From: Acidobacteriota bacterium
Lineage (GTDB): Bacteria > Acidobacteriota > CAIWXX01
Direction of reading: 5' to 3'
DNA: 64,000 nt
Assembly (NCBI GenBank): GCA_040755995.1
Contig: JBFMAF010000051.1
Span: forward strand, 1-64,000
Shown here: positions 48,365 to 58,871 of the stretch, in pieces
How the letters are laid out: each line of letters begins with the position of its first letter
How positions within the stretch are numbered: the first letter of the stretch is position 1
Made by a program: the position numbers and the translations under genes
The notes under the pieces: model-generated
Databases searched by the model: none
What the model was told of the DNA's origin: nothing
What the model saw: the letters and a program-made list of their open reading frames with translations, nothing else

Positions 48365-50314
48365 ATGATCCAATCCCGACCGTGGCGAGCTAATAGCCAA
48401 CTCGCGGTGTTGCTGCTCGCTCTGGCTGGCCGCGGGGTCGCGGCCGCGGGAGACCCGGCCGAGCTGGAGCGAAGATTGGCGGGCGCGTCCGGAGCCGAAC
48501 GCGTCGACATCCTCCTCGATCTATCGGAGGCCTACATGTATACGGCTCCCGACAAGGTCCTCGCGTACGCCGAGCAGGCATACGAGGCGGCGACTGCCCT
48601 GTCTCTGGCTGGACCGGCGGCGCGGGCGGTAATTGCCCGTGCGAGCGGGCGGTTCCGCATGGGCGACCTCGACGGGGCGCTGGAAGGCTACCGCGCGGGG
48701 CTTGCGGAGGCGGAGCGCCTTGGCGATCCACTGCTGATCGGCCGCTGTCTCAACGGGCTCGCGGCGGTGAGCGGGGGGAAAGGCGACCTCGACACGGCGC
48801 TGGATTACTATGGCCGGGCCGCCGCCGAGTTCGAGAAGGCCCGCGAGCCCGCGAAGCTCGCCGGCGTGTACAACAACATTTCAATGATCCAGCGATCGAG
48901 GGGGAAATACGGCCAGTCGCTGGATGCAGCGTTCAAAGCGCAGCGGCTGTACGAGGAGATCGGCGACGAGAACGGGCTCGGAATCGTCCTCAACACCATC
49001 GGCGCTGTGTACCGCGAGGTGGCAAATCCGATGCGTGCGCGCTTGTGCTATGAGCGCGCCCTGGCCATTGGCGAGAAGACCGGCAACCAGATGATGGTGG
49101 TGTCCTGCCTCATCAACCTCGGAGAAATCCAGACCAACCTGGGGGAGTTGAATCAGGCCCTCGTCACGCTGGACCGGGGGCTGGCGGTCGCGCGGGAGAT
49201 CGGTGCCCCTGACCTCATTTCGATGTGCCTGGGCAACCTCGGCGACGCCCTGAGGGAGAAGGGTGAGACCGACGCTGCGCTTGAGAAGTACAAGGAATCG
49301 ATGCGGCTGTTCGAGGAGATGGGAGCCCTGCCGCGGCTGGCATTCTCTTACGTTAGCGTCGGCCAGCTATACCTCGACCTCGGCAGGCTTCGAGAGGCTG
49401 AGACCTACCTCGTGAAGGGATTTGAGCTCGGTGGCAAGGTCCAGGAGCGTGCTCCGCAGAGGAACGCCGCCCATGCCTTGGTCAAACTATACCAACGGAC
49501 TGGTGACTTTCGCAGCGCGTTCAAGTATCAGCGCACCTTGGATGAGCTTCGGCAGCAAGACTTCTCGGTGGAGACCTTCGAGAAGGTCTCATCGCTTCAA
49601 GCCGAGCTCGAGGCGGAGAAGAGAGAGCGAGAGGTGGAGCTGCTTCGGAAAGAGAGTACGATCAACGCGCTCGAGGTCAGGCGGCAGAGGCTCTGGCTCG
49701 GCCTGGTCGTCTCCGGCCTCGTGTTCACTACTGCCCTCTCCGGCGTCCTCTACAACTTTTACAGGCTGAAACGCCGGAGCAGTGCCGAGCTCGGCGTCGC
49801 TTACAAGCGCGTAGCGGAGCTGGCCCAGAAGGACGAGCTGACCGGGCTGCTCAATCGGCGGTCGGCGACCGAGCGACTGCAGCTTGAGGTAGTGCGCTCC
49901 CGCCGCACGCAACGGCCGTTCAGTATCGTCCTGCTCGACGTGGACAACTTCAAGAAGATAAACGACCAGCACGGACACCCTTGCGGGGACGCCGTGCTCC
50001 GCAGCCTGGCGGGCCTGCTCACGAGCGGAGTGCGTGCCGAGGACATGGTCGCCAGGTGGGGAGGTGAGGAGTTCCTGATGCTACTGCCGGAGACCCCTCG
50101 GGATGGTGCGATGGTGCTGGCCGAGAAGCTCCGATCGACCGTAGCCGACCACACGCTCAACCACGATGGGCGCGAAGTCCGCTTCACAGTCACGATGGGT
50201 GTCAGCGTTTACGATCACCTCGCCTCACTCGATGACTGTGTCCGCGGCGCCGATCAGGCGCTCTATGCCGGCAAACGATCCGGAAAGAACGTCGTGGTCG
50301 CCGCTACCGCGTGA
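48365..50314 (+). CDS. TPR-containing membrane diguanylate cyclase
   Basis: Signal peptide, TPRs, one TM, DELTGLLNRR, DVDNFKKIND, RWGGEEF. Confidence 0.93.
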   Translation: MIQSRPWRANSQLAVLLLALAGRGVAAAGDPAELERRLAGASGAERVDILLDLSEAYMYTAPDKVLAYAEQAYEAATALSLAGPAARAVIARASGRFRMGDLDGALEGYRAGLAEAERLGDPLLIGRCLNGLAAVSGGKGDLDTALDYYGRAAAEFEKAREPAKLAGVYNNISMIQRSRGKYGQSLDAAFKAQRLYEEIGDENGLGIVLNTIGAVYREVANPMRARLCYERALAIGEKTGNQMMVVSCLINLGEIQTNLGELNQALVTLDRGLAVAREIGAPDLISMCLGNLGDALREKGETDAALEKYKESMRLFEEMGALPRLAFSYVSVGQLYLDLGRLREAETYLVKGFELGGKVQERAPQRNAAHALVKLYQRTGDFRSAFKYQRTLDELRQQDFSVETFEKVSSLQAELEAEKREREVELLRKESTINALEVRRQRLWLGLVVSGLVFTTALSGVLYNFYRLKRRSSAELGVAYKRVAELAQKDELTGLLNRRSATERLQLEVVRSRRTQRPFSIVLLDVDNFKKINDQHGHPCGDAVLRSLAGLLTSGVRAEDMVARWGGEEFLMLLPETPRDGAMVLAEKLRSTVADHTLNHDGREVRFTVTMGVSVYDHLASLDDCVRGADQALYAGKRSGKNVVVAATA

Positions 50315-50437
50315 CAGCACCATTGCGTTCCTGCCGGCACGTAGAGCCAGGCTGGCCCGGCCAGCCGCTCCGGGGCACCCCGGCCGTTCCCGGCATCCCG
50401 GCACGGCGGCGCTTGACCGGAGGCAGACAACCGCAAT

Positions 50438-51684
50438 ATGCTCAGCACCCGAACCGTCATGGTCATGTTGCGGAATAACCTCGGTCAGAAGCTTGGGATT
50501 CTGATTCTCTTGCTGTCGATGGCCGTTCCTCTCCCAGCGCAAGAGGACACGTTATCGTCGGTGACCCCGGAGAAGCCCTCGGTCGGACAGGATCCGCAAG
50601 ATCCAGTGGGGCCCGACTTCTATATCTATTCGAAGAATGGCTACCAATTGGGAATTGGTGGATATGTCAAGTTCAATGGACTCTATGATTTCGTACCGCT
50701 TGAGAACTACAGGTCGTTCCTGACCGAGGAGATACCAGTAGGCCATGCCAATGTGAAGGATAACCATCTACATTTCGACATAAACCAGACCAGGTTATTC
50801 TTTCAGGCGCTGGGTGGCACGCCCTACGGCAACATGAAGATATATACTTCGAATGTGATTTCGCTGATCAGGACGGGGTATTCAGGATTCGGGATGCCTA
50901 TGGATCAATCAGGGGTTTCCTGATCGGAAAGACCACTTCAACGATCGTCGACCTGGATGCGAAGCCGTTCACAGTAGATCTTGAAGGCCCAAATAGCATT
51001 TTTCTGCCGAAGAAGGTAATGATCAGGTACACGGCACGGCGGGCCAAGAACCTTGCTTTCACGATCTCAGCGGAGGAACAAAGGCCTCGCGCCACTTACT
51101 CCCTCTACACAGCTGCATTGAACCAGTACGTTCCCGATCTGGCATTTCGGTTGCGGTACAAGGTCGAAAAAGGGCATCTTTCGCTCGGTGGCCTTTACCG
51201 GTACTTCACCTACGAGGACACGCTGAACAACCGGGCGAGGAGCAGCAATGGATGGGGTCTGTCCCTTGGCGGTTCCTACAGGCTGGTCTCAAGATTGAAA
51301 TTCCTCGTCCATGGGACTTATGCGTATGGAGTTGCGAGCTACGTTCACGATTTCATGTGGACCGAAAGGGATTTCGTCCCGTCTGCGACTCGGCCGGGAG
51401 AACTGGAAGCCGTCCCGGTATATGGAGGTTTTGGGGCCTTTGAGGCACAATGGACTAAGAAGACGAAATCATCTTTTGTTTATAGTTACTTGCAGGCCGG
51501 TGACATTGGGAACAAGCCGCCCAGTTCATATCAGATCGGCCATTATGTGCTAGGTAACTATGTTTGGTTTGTCCTCCCGAAACTAAGGCTCGCAACAGAG
51601 CTCATTTATGGGAACAGGATTAATAAAGATGGGCAGGAAGGGTCTGCGAGGCGGATCTATTTCATGGCTCAGTTCGACCTCTAG
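50438..51684 (+). pseudogene. DcaP-like outer-membrane porin, frameshifted at 50840-50846
   Basis: IGGYVKFNGLYDF, QTRL; removing 2 nt from ATATATA restores KIYFECDF...FRIRDAY...DLEGPN...PDL and a terminal F(D)L. Confidence 0.8.
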
Positions 51685-51848
51685 CGAGGCGGGGCCTCAG
51701 ACCGATGAATCATGCAAGGCTGCTTTGGCCCCGCCTCGCGTCGAGAGTCGAGGGTCAAGAGTTGAGAGTGACTGCCGTGGGAATTCAGAGCCAATGACGC
51801 TCCGCGGCAAGATTGACTCAATCGCAACATCTTTTTCGCCTCAAGCCC
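51681..51848 (+). repeat. 61-bp hairpin element, copy B, plus the block shared with 48204-48357
   Basis: 51681-51741 is 61/61 identical to the reverse complement of 41015-41075; overlaps the porin TAG. Confidence 0.9.
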
Positions 51849-51906
51849 CCCTAGGCGCTAATGCGCCTAGCGGGGCTGTGCCTCGCACCGATGAGGCGCT
51901 CCGGTA

Positions 51907-53955
51907 TTGCTCATGCGATATGCCCTGAAGCGATTGCTGCTTGGTTTCGTGCTGATCGCCGGAGGGTCGGCGGTCCTGTTGGTGTCCGATCTCCAGCACA
52001 GGAAACGCCCGCGCCGGGTGCCACGGATCGCAACGTTCCAGTATTCGACTCGCCCGATCATGGACAGCGTGGTCCGTGGGGTGCTGGATGCCCTCTCGGA
52101 CGCCGGTTTCGTGGACGGCAAGACCATCAACATCCAGAAGTTCAATGCCGAGAACGATCTGCCGACTGCCAACAGCGTTGCGAGGGCGATTGTGGACGCC
52201 AGGTTCGACATGGTGGTGACGGCGAGCACTCCGTGCCTCCAGACGATGGCTTCGGTCAACCGGAGCGGACAGCTGCTCCACGTGTTCTGCGCCGTGACGG
52301 ATCCGTTCGCTGCAGGAGTGGGCGTCGAGCGTGACGACCCGCTCGATCACCCCAGACACCTCGTCGGGGTGGGCACCTTTCAGCCGGTGAAGGAGGTCTT
52401 CCGGCTGGTGAAGCGGTGCAATCCGGAACTGAGCGTTGTCGGCGTGGTCTGGAATCCCGCGGAGGCGTGCTCGGAGGCATGTACGGTGCTCGCGCGGGAA
52501 GTCTGCGGGGAGCTCGGGATCACGCTGGTGGAAGCCAACGTGGACTCGTCCTCGCAGGTCGGGGAGGCCGCACACTCGCTGGTGAGCAGGGACGCCCAGG
52601 CGCTCTGGCTCGGCGGAGACAACACCGTCGAGGTGGCGATCGGGCAGCTCGTCGAGACGGCTCGATCTGCCGGAATACCGTTGCTCACCAATGCGCCCGC
52701 GAATGCGGAGGCTGGAGCTTCCCTCAGCCTCGGCGCGGACTACTACCAGGTGGGCCGCGCCGCCGGAGACCTGGCTGCGAGGCTTCTCAACGGTCTCGAC
52801 CCTGCCACGGTTCGCATCGAGAACATGGTGCCACAGCAACTGGGACTGAACCTGCTTGCGTTACGAAACCTCCGGGGGCCATGGCGCACACCGCCGGAGC
52901 TCGTCGATGCGGCGGCACTGGTGATCGACGAGAGCGGGGCTCGCAGAGAAAACACCGACCCGTCGCTCCCCCAAAGGCTCCTCGCTCTCACGCTCCCCGC
53001 AGCATCCGAGCTGCCGCTGGCCGCAAGAGGCAGCAGCGGGCCGTCGCCGGGCCGGGCGTGGCGGCTGAGGTTCGTGAACTTCGTGGAATCGCCGTTCGTC
53101 GAGGACGTCCATCGGGGGTTCTTCGATGAGCTCAAGAAGATGGGTCGTATCCAGGGACGCGACTTCGAGATCGAGGTTGCCTGCGCTCAGGGCGACATGG
53201 CCTCGCTGCCCGCGCTGCTCACCGATGCGAAGGACGCCGAGCCCGACGTGATCCTCACGACATCCACCCCCACGCTCCAGGCCGCGATAAGGACTGTGGA
53301 TAGCACACCGGTCCTGTTCGCAGCGGTCGCGGACGCCGTGCTGGCCGGCGCAGGCAAGACTCGGATCGATCACAAGCCCAACGTGACCGGCATCGAGACC
53401 GCAGCCGACTTCCCGTTGATGATGAAAGTCATCAAGCAGTGTATTCCTCATGCGCGCCGCATTGGGACGCTGTTCGCTCCGGCCGAGATCAACTCAGCGA
53501 TATACAAGGACATTCTGGCGGAAGCCTCGCTGTCCGCCGGCATGGAGCTGGTGGCGCTGCCCACGGCCACCAGCACCGACGTGCCAGACACGGCGCTCTC
53601 GCTCGCCTCCAAGGACATCGACGCAATCTGCCAGATTCTAGACAATCTTCACGACATGTCATTCGCAGCGATCGCACGCGCGGCAGAGAAGACCAAGAAG
53701 CCTCTGTTCGCGTTTCTGTCGCAACAGGTCGTGAGCGGCGGAGCCGCCGTCGCAGTTTCGGCGGACTTCGAACAGGCCGGCCGCGACCTTGCGCACCTGC
53801 TGGATCGGGTGATGCACGGTGATAGCCCGTCGGGGATTCCGTTCCAGAGGGTGTCGCGAACCCTCCTCGTCGCTAATCCCAAGAATGCCGCCCAGTGCGG
53901 CCTTACGATACCTCCGGCGGTCATGAAATCCGCCGACGTCGTGGTGGGACGGTAG
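51907..53955 (+). CDS. ABC substrate-binding protein with two tandem ABC_sub_bind-type domains
   Basis: ASTPCLQ/TSTPTLQ, AVTDP/AVADA, VWNPAE/LFAPAE, GADYYQVGR/SADFEQAGR. Confidence 0.85.
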   Translation: MLMRYALKRLLLGFVLIAGGSAVLLVSDLQHRKRPRRVPRIATFQYSTRPIMDSVVRGVLDALSDAGFVDGKTINIQKFNAENDLPTANSVARAIVDARFDMVVTASTPCLQTMASVNRSGQLLHVFCAVTDPFAAGVGVERDDPLDHPRHLVGVGTFQPVKEVFRLVKRCNPELSVVGVVWNPAEACSEACTVLAREVCGELGITLVEANVDSSSQVGEAAHSLVSRDAQALWLGGDNTVEVAIGQLVETARSAGIPLLTNAPANAEAGASLSLGADYYQVGRAAGDLAARLLNGLDPATVRIENMVPQQLGLNLLALRNLRGPWRTPPELVDAAALVIDESGARRENTDPSLPQRLLALTLPAASELPLAARGSSGPSPGRAWRLRFVNFVESPFVEDVHRGFFDELKKMGRIQGRDFEIEVACAQGDMASLPALLTDAKDAEPDVILTTSTPTLQAAIRTVDSTPVLFAAVADAVLAGAGKTRIDHKPNVTGIETAADFPLMMKVIKQCIPHARRIGTLFAPAEINSAIYKDILAEASLSAGMELVALPTATSTDVPDTALSLASKDIDAICQILDNLHDMSFAAIARAAEKTKKPLFAFLSQQVVSGGAAVAVSADFEQAGRDLAHLLDRVMHGDSPSGIPFQRVSRTLLVANPKNAAQCGLTIPPAVMKSADVVVGR

Positions 53956-54117
53956 TGGAGATCCAGCGATCGCGAGCCCGCCTACACTGAGATACGCCTG
54001 CAGGGGCGCCTCGACGCCGCGTGGTACAGCCGAGTGGAGGCCACGACGAATACCACACGCGACTCTTGAGCATGGCCCCTTGGGGGCATATGATCGGCAC
54101 GTGACTACGAGCGCGCG

Positions 54118-55305
54118 ATGACCAAGGCCGGGAAGCTGCTCACTTTCGAATTCGTCTCGCTCAACTGCGTCTCGTTCTTCGCTTTTTGCAACCTCTCGGT
54201 CTTCTACGGCTTCTACACCTACCTTGGGAGGATCGGCATCCCGGAGGAATGGAGGGGCTTTCTGCTCGGGCTGGAGCCGATGACCGCATTCGCCCTGCGG
54301 CTGGCCGTCGTGCCTCTGCTTCACGGGGGTAATGCTGCCACCGCGATGCTCGTTTCGCTGGTCATGATCATCGTCGCACTCTGCTCATATTCGGTAGCGC
54401 TGACGATCCCGGCGCTGGTACTGTTGCGGATCTTTCACGGCGCCGCCTTCGTCGTGTTGGTGTCATCCAGCATGGCCATGGTCGTGCACTTCATCCCGAA
54501 GGAGCGGAGCGCGCAGGGATTCAGCATCGTCAGCCTCAGCTCACTGATTCCCTACGCGGTGATGCCTCTGGTGGTGGAGTTCTTGCTGCGACGCATCCCC
54601 AACGAGGCGCATATCTACGCTCTGGTCTCGATTCTGGGGCTCCCGGGCATCGTGCTGCTGCACGGGATCAGGCCCCGGCTCCGCCGAGCGGTCGAAGGCA
54701 TGGGATCGGCTCTGGTGAAGAGACCCACTGCTGGGGAGCTCTTCCTGTGTCTGAGGCAGCGCGATGTACTGCTGCTCCTTTGTGTCAGCCTGCTTCTCTA
54801 TTTCTGTCACGCTACCGTCTTCTTCTTCATGAAGACCCTGGTGACAGCACACGGGTTCGGCAATCCAGGTCTGTTCTTCTCCATTTCAACGGCTGCGATG
54901 ATCCTCGTGCGTCTGCTGGGCGGAGCGCTACTCGACCGGGTGAACAGGCTACGAGTGCTGAGTATCTCCGCGCTTCTGCTGTCGCTGTGCCTGGTCCTCC
55001 TCGCACGCGCAACCTCGCCCCTTGCCTTCTCCCTGGTGGCTCTCTTCTACGGAACGAGCATGAGCGGTGCTCTGCCTCTGCTCACCGCCGTGCTATTCAG
55101 GATATCCCCGCCTCAGCTGCGCGGAATCAACACCAACCTGGCCCTGTTCATGATGGACGGCGGCTACATCCTGGGCACGTACATCGGAGGATTGCTGCTT
55201 GCGGCCGGGTGGTCCCCGTCGAGCCCCTTCTACGCGTCTGGAGGACTGGCCCTGTGCGCCACGCTGCTCCTGCTGGCGACGCGCGAGGACCCGGCGGACG
55301 CGTGA
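54118..55305 (+). CDS. MFS transporter
   Basis: About 12 TM helices, LLRIFHG, LLDRVNRL. Confidence 0.85.
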   Translation: MTKAGKLLTFEFVSLNCVSFFAFCNLSVFYGFYTYLGRIGIPEEWRGFLLGLEPMTAFALRLAVVPLLHGGNAATAMLVSLVMIIVALCSYSVALTIPALVLLRIFHGAAFVVLVSSSMAMVVHFIPKERSAQGFSIVSLSSLIPYAVMPLVVEFLLRRIPNEAHIYALVSILGLPGIVLLHGIRPRLRRAVEGMGSALVKRPTAGELFLCLRQRDVLLLLCVSLLLYFCHATVFFFMKTLVTAHGFGNPGLFFSISTAAMILVRLLGGALLDRVNRLRVLSISALLLSLCLVLLARATSPLAFSLVALFYGTSMSGALPLLTAVLFRISPPQLRGINTNLALFMMDGGYILGTYIGGLLLAAGWSPSSPFYASGGLALCATLLLLATREDPADA

Positions 55306-55443
55306 TGGTAAGTCGAGCCCGTGAACCCGAACCCTTGCAGGATGCACCGCGCGGCCTCGAAGTGGCTCATTAGAGGCTGAAGAGATCCTTCGTGCAAGCG
55401 CCGTTCGGCAGATACGCGCCCTTGTGCATGCGGACGCGCATCC

Positions 55444-55478
55444 GCGCCCGACCGGCAGCGGTCGCCGGGTCGGGCGCG
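55444..55478. terminator. GC-rich hairpin between convergent genes
   Basis: GCGCCCGACC...GGTCGGGCGC. Confidence 0.4.
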
Positions 55479-55550
55479 GTTTCGCCGCAGTCAGGTTTCT
55501 TCGTATCGTCCCTCAAGCGAGGTAGTTATCAGTGAGTCCCTAGCAGGGCC

Positions 55551-56015
55551 TCATTTCGTGAGTTTCAGGCCGGGGCTCATGTCCTCGTGCGCGCCGTCGA
55601 CCGTTCGGATCTTCACATTGCACCACACGCGCCCCAGGTATTTCGTCTGGTCGTACTGACCAGCCTTCCACGCATACTGAAGGTCCGTGACCGGGACAGT
55701 CGCGATGGTACCGACGAGGGCTCCCTTCCTGTACAAGGAGATCTCCAGGTTGCCGGTCTTGCCGTCAGGCGTGATCGCCATGTCGAAGACGCCGCCGCCG
55801 TCGGTGCCAAGGGGTCTCCCGACATGCTCCACGACCTGACCTGTCTTGACGTTGTAAACATAGAGCTCGGCGTGAGGGCTGTTGGCTGCCAACACCCACT
55901 CCCCATCCACACCGCCGACAGGAACCGCGCCTGCATCCCGCGGCAGGCCGAAACCCCAAACGAGAAGCGCCATCCACATTGTGGCGAGAACCACGACGTG
56001 CTTGGAATTCATCAT
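55551..56015 (-). CDS. Secreted hypothetical protein, probably internally deleted
   Basis: Signal peptide, one propeller-like blade DMAITPDGK joined abruptly to TGNLEISLYRKG...Y.W. Confidence 0.5.
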   Translation of the reverse strand: MMNSKHVVVLATMWMALLVWGFGLPRDAGAVPVGGVDGEWVLAANSPHAELYVYNVKTGQVVEHVGRPLGTDGGGVFDMAITPDGKTGNLEISLYRKGALVGTIATVPVTDLQYAWKAGQYDQTKYLGRVWCNVKIRTVDGAHEDMSPGLKLTK

Positions 56016-56245
56016 TCCCGTTCCCTCCAATGAATTCACCCCTTAATTCGTGCAATATGCAACTCCAAGACCCCCGCATCTGCAGGCAGCCTGGCCGCTT
56101 GACACCGGCTCGAGATACTGCTGGCCGATGAATTGACCCTCCTGCATTCTCGTGCTGGTAGCCTTCGTGAGCCGGTCAACGGAGGTACAGCGGCGGCACA
56201 TCGTGCCGCGGAGCGCACGGGGCCCAAGGTCCAGGGGGCGTACTG

Positions 56246-57640
56246 CTACACCGGCCCGAAGCTCGATTCGGGCGATGCCAGGCGCAGGTGGGCGATTCTC
56301 CGCAGGGCGGTCTCGATCGAGGCCCGTTCACGAGGCGCGCCGAGACAGACGCGGATGGCGCGCACCTCGGCGCTCTCGCTTACCGCGAAGACCTCGGCGG
56401 GTGCGACAGACACACCTCGAGCGCGGGCTGCGGCGGCGAACGATCCAGATCGCCACGGCTCAGGAAGCTCGAGCCATATGTGGTAACTCGACGCGCTCCC
56501 TCGCCACTCCCAGTCCGCCAGTATCTCTCGCGCCTGCCGCTGTCGCGCCTGCGCCTCCTCTCGCCGCCCCTGCAGCACCTGCTCGGCCGTGCCGCCGGCA
56601 ATCCACCGGCATGCCACCTCGAGCGGCAGCGGAGACACGCCGAGGCAGTGCGCCCTCAAGCCCTCCGAGAGTCTCTCGACCATTCCCTTGGGCACGTGCA
56701 GGAATGCAACTCTCAGACCCGGAGCGACCGTCTTCGAGAGGCTCAGAATGTAGAAGCCGCGCTCGGGCAGGAGAGATGCGATAGGCGGCGGCGCCTCCGG
56801 GTCCAACCTGCCGTACGCATCGTCCTCGACGACCCACAATCCCGATTCCGCGGCTGCGCGTGCGACTGCATCTCTGCGCGCCTGCGGCATCACGCAGCCA
56901 GTCGGATTGTGGATCGTCGGGTTGCAGTAGAGAACTCTCGCGCCCGTGGCGCGGCTTGCGGCCGCGATGGCTTCGGGTGTCGGGCCGTCGCAATCGGCCT
57001 CGACCGGAACGAGCCGAAGGTGCAACAGCCGCGCCAGGCTCTTGAGCGCGGGGTAGGTGAGTGCCTCGGCCATGATGGCATCTCCGGGATTGACAATCGT
57101 GGTCAGGAGGACGCTCATGGCCTGATGTGCACCGGCTGTTGCGAGCACCGTGTCAGGGCTGCAGCTCAGCCCTGTTCGGGCCATCCACATCGACCCGACT
57201 TCGCGATGTCGAGGCAGCCCCGCCGGCGGCGGGTAGCTGAGGAGATCTGGACGCGAGGCGTCCGTCGCGAGCTCCTGGATCACTCTCCTCAGCTCCGAAT
57301 CCAGGTCGATCCCGCTGGGAGGCGGCGGCGAGTTGACGGCGAGATCGATGGTTCGAGCGCCCTCCGCAACGCCCGGATCCTCGATCGATCCAGCCGTTCC
57401 AGGCCAGCACACGAACGTACCGCGCCCGACCTCTGACGAGATCAGCCCTCGGCGCTCGACCTCCGCGTATGCCCGCGTGACCGTGCCCACGGTCACGCCG
57501 AGGTCGCGAGCCAGCTCGCGGTGGGTCGGGAGGCGCGTGCCGGGCGAGAGCTTTCCCGAGCTCACATCCGAGGCCAGCGCGCGGGCGATCGCCAGATATA
57601 GAGGTCTGGACGTCCTGTCGAGCTCAAGGCTCCATTTCAT
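56246..57640 (-). CDS. MocR/GntR family PLP-dependent transcriptional regulator
   Basis: PLYLAIA...PGTRLPTHRELA...GTVTRAY...GRGTFV, HNPTG, EDDAYG, SLSKTVAPGLR. Confidence 0.93.
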   Translation of the reverse strand: MKWSLELDRTSRPLYLAIARALASDVSSGKLSPGTRLPTHRELARDLGVTVGTVTRAYAEVERRGLISSEVGRGTFVCWPGTAGSIEDPGVAEGARTIDLAVNSPPPPSGIDLDSELRRVIQELATDASRPDLLSYPPPAGLPRHREVGSMWMARTGLSCSPDTVLATAGAHQAMSVLLTTIVNPGDAIMAEALTYPALKSLARLLHLRLVPVEADCDGPTPEAIAAASRATGARVLYCNPTIHNPTGCVMPQARRDAVARAAAESGLWVVEDDAYGRLDPEAPPPIASLLPERGFYILSLSKTVAPGLRVAFLHVPKGMVERLSEGLRAHCLGVSPLPLEVACRWIAGGTAEQVLQGRREEAQARQRQAREILADWEWRGSASSYHIWLELPEPWRSGSFAAAARARGVSVAPAEVFAVSESAEVRAIRVCLGAPRERASIETALRRIAHLRLASPESSFGPV

Positions 57641-57792
57641 CGTTGTGCTCCCTTGCTTCGACGCGAGCAACCTCACGCGCGGGCGATTGCCCGGATCGCG
57701 CCGCAGAAACGGTCGATCTCGCACCCCGGTGTATCTTGCCGGGCGCGAACGATATCGAGTGCTTCATCTGTCATGTCCCGCCTCCGTGCGGC

Positions 57793-58548
57793 TCATCTCA
57801 TGTAATAGCCGCCGTCAACTATGAAGTTCTGGCCTGTGACATACGTGGACCCGCACACCAGGTGCTCGATCATAAGGAAGACGTCCTCCGGCGTGCCGAT
57901 CCGCCTGAGCGGTATCATATCGAGAGTGCGCGAAAGGACGTCGGGCTCGTCCAGTCTGTAGCGTTCGACCAGCTCGCCGGTTCCGATGTATCCCGGCGAG
58001 ATGCAATTGACGCGGATGCGTGGCGCGAGCTCCTGTGCCAGGCACTTCGTGAGCGCCATGACGCCGGCTCGGGCACTGACGTAGTTGGCGCCGTTCCGGC
58101 GACCTCTGAATGCGGAGAGCGCGCCGATCGTGACGATGTGGCCGTCGACACCGAGGTGGCGCCGCGCGAACTCCTGCGCGCAGATGAACGTGCCGGTGAG
58201 GATCGGTGAGACTGCCGCCTCCCACTGATCGTCGCTCATTTCCAGAAACGGACCGTCTCGATTGACTCCGGCCATTGCCACGAGCACGTCCACGCCGCCG
58301 AACCGCTCGACAGTCTGGTCGAACATCTGCTGCACTTGGCACCTTGAACTGACGTCAGCCCGGATCGTGATTGCCCGGCCGGGCCCATGAATGCGTGTGA
58401 TCGCTTCGAGCAGCCCGCGGGCAGCCTCTTCCGATTGCCGGAAGTTGATTACGACTCGATATCCCATCCCCGCGAAGCGCTCCGCCACATGCGCGCCAAT
58501 GCCGCGCGACGCGCCTGTGACAACGACAACTTTCCGGTCCAACATCAC
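57793..58548 (-). CDS. SDR family oxidoreductase (FabG-like)
   Basis: TGASRGIG, ADVS, NYVSAR (YxxxR instead of YxxxK), IRVNCISPG, TGQNFIVDGG. Confidence 0.9.
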   Translation of the reverse strand: MMLDRKVVVVTGASRGIGAHVAERFAGMGYRVVINFRQSEEAARGLLEAITRIHGPGRAITIRADVSSRCQVQQMFDQTVERFGGVDVLVAMAGVNRDGPFLEMSDDQWEAAVSPILTGTFICAQEFARRHLGVDGHIVTIGALSAFRGRRNGANYVSARAGVMALTKCLAQELAPRIRVNCISPGYIGTGELVERYRLDEPDVLSRTLDMIPLRRIGTPEDVFLMIEHLVCGSTYVTGQNFIVDGGYYMR

Positions 58549-58697
58549 TTGGCTCCTTTCTCGACCTCTGTGGCCACTCTCCTTGTCCCTGCTCAGCCGT
58601 CCCCACGTGCGCCGCGGTAGGGCATGTTCGCGCGATCTGTGTTAACTTGTACGCCAAATGAACCCATTCAAGCTTCGTAATGTGATGTGACAAGTGG

Positions 58698-58726
58698 ACT
58701 ATAATATCTTCATTGTTTCATGTCAA
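58698..58726 (-). promoter_or_regulatory. Sigma70 promoter for the SDR gene
   Basis: Minus strand TTGACA-17 bp-TATAGT in an AT-rich patch. Confidence 0.65.
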
Positions 58727-58871
58727 GCTCGAATTTTGTGCCCTCACGGCATAGCTGGGCTGGCCGCCGAGACAATACCATGGGCGGCGCGCTTGCGGCC
58801 TCTCCGTGCGCGCGATCCTACTCAGAGCGCATTGTGCTTGAGCGGGGGCCGCGCAGGCGGCGTTCTCGCGC

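Noticed and set aside
41015..51848. Three repeat copies as a CRISPR array or known riboswitch
   Set aside because: Copies are kilobases apart and in both orientations; I recognise no riboswitch consensus
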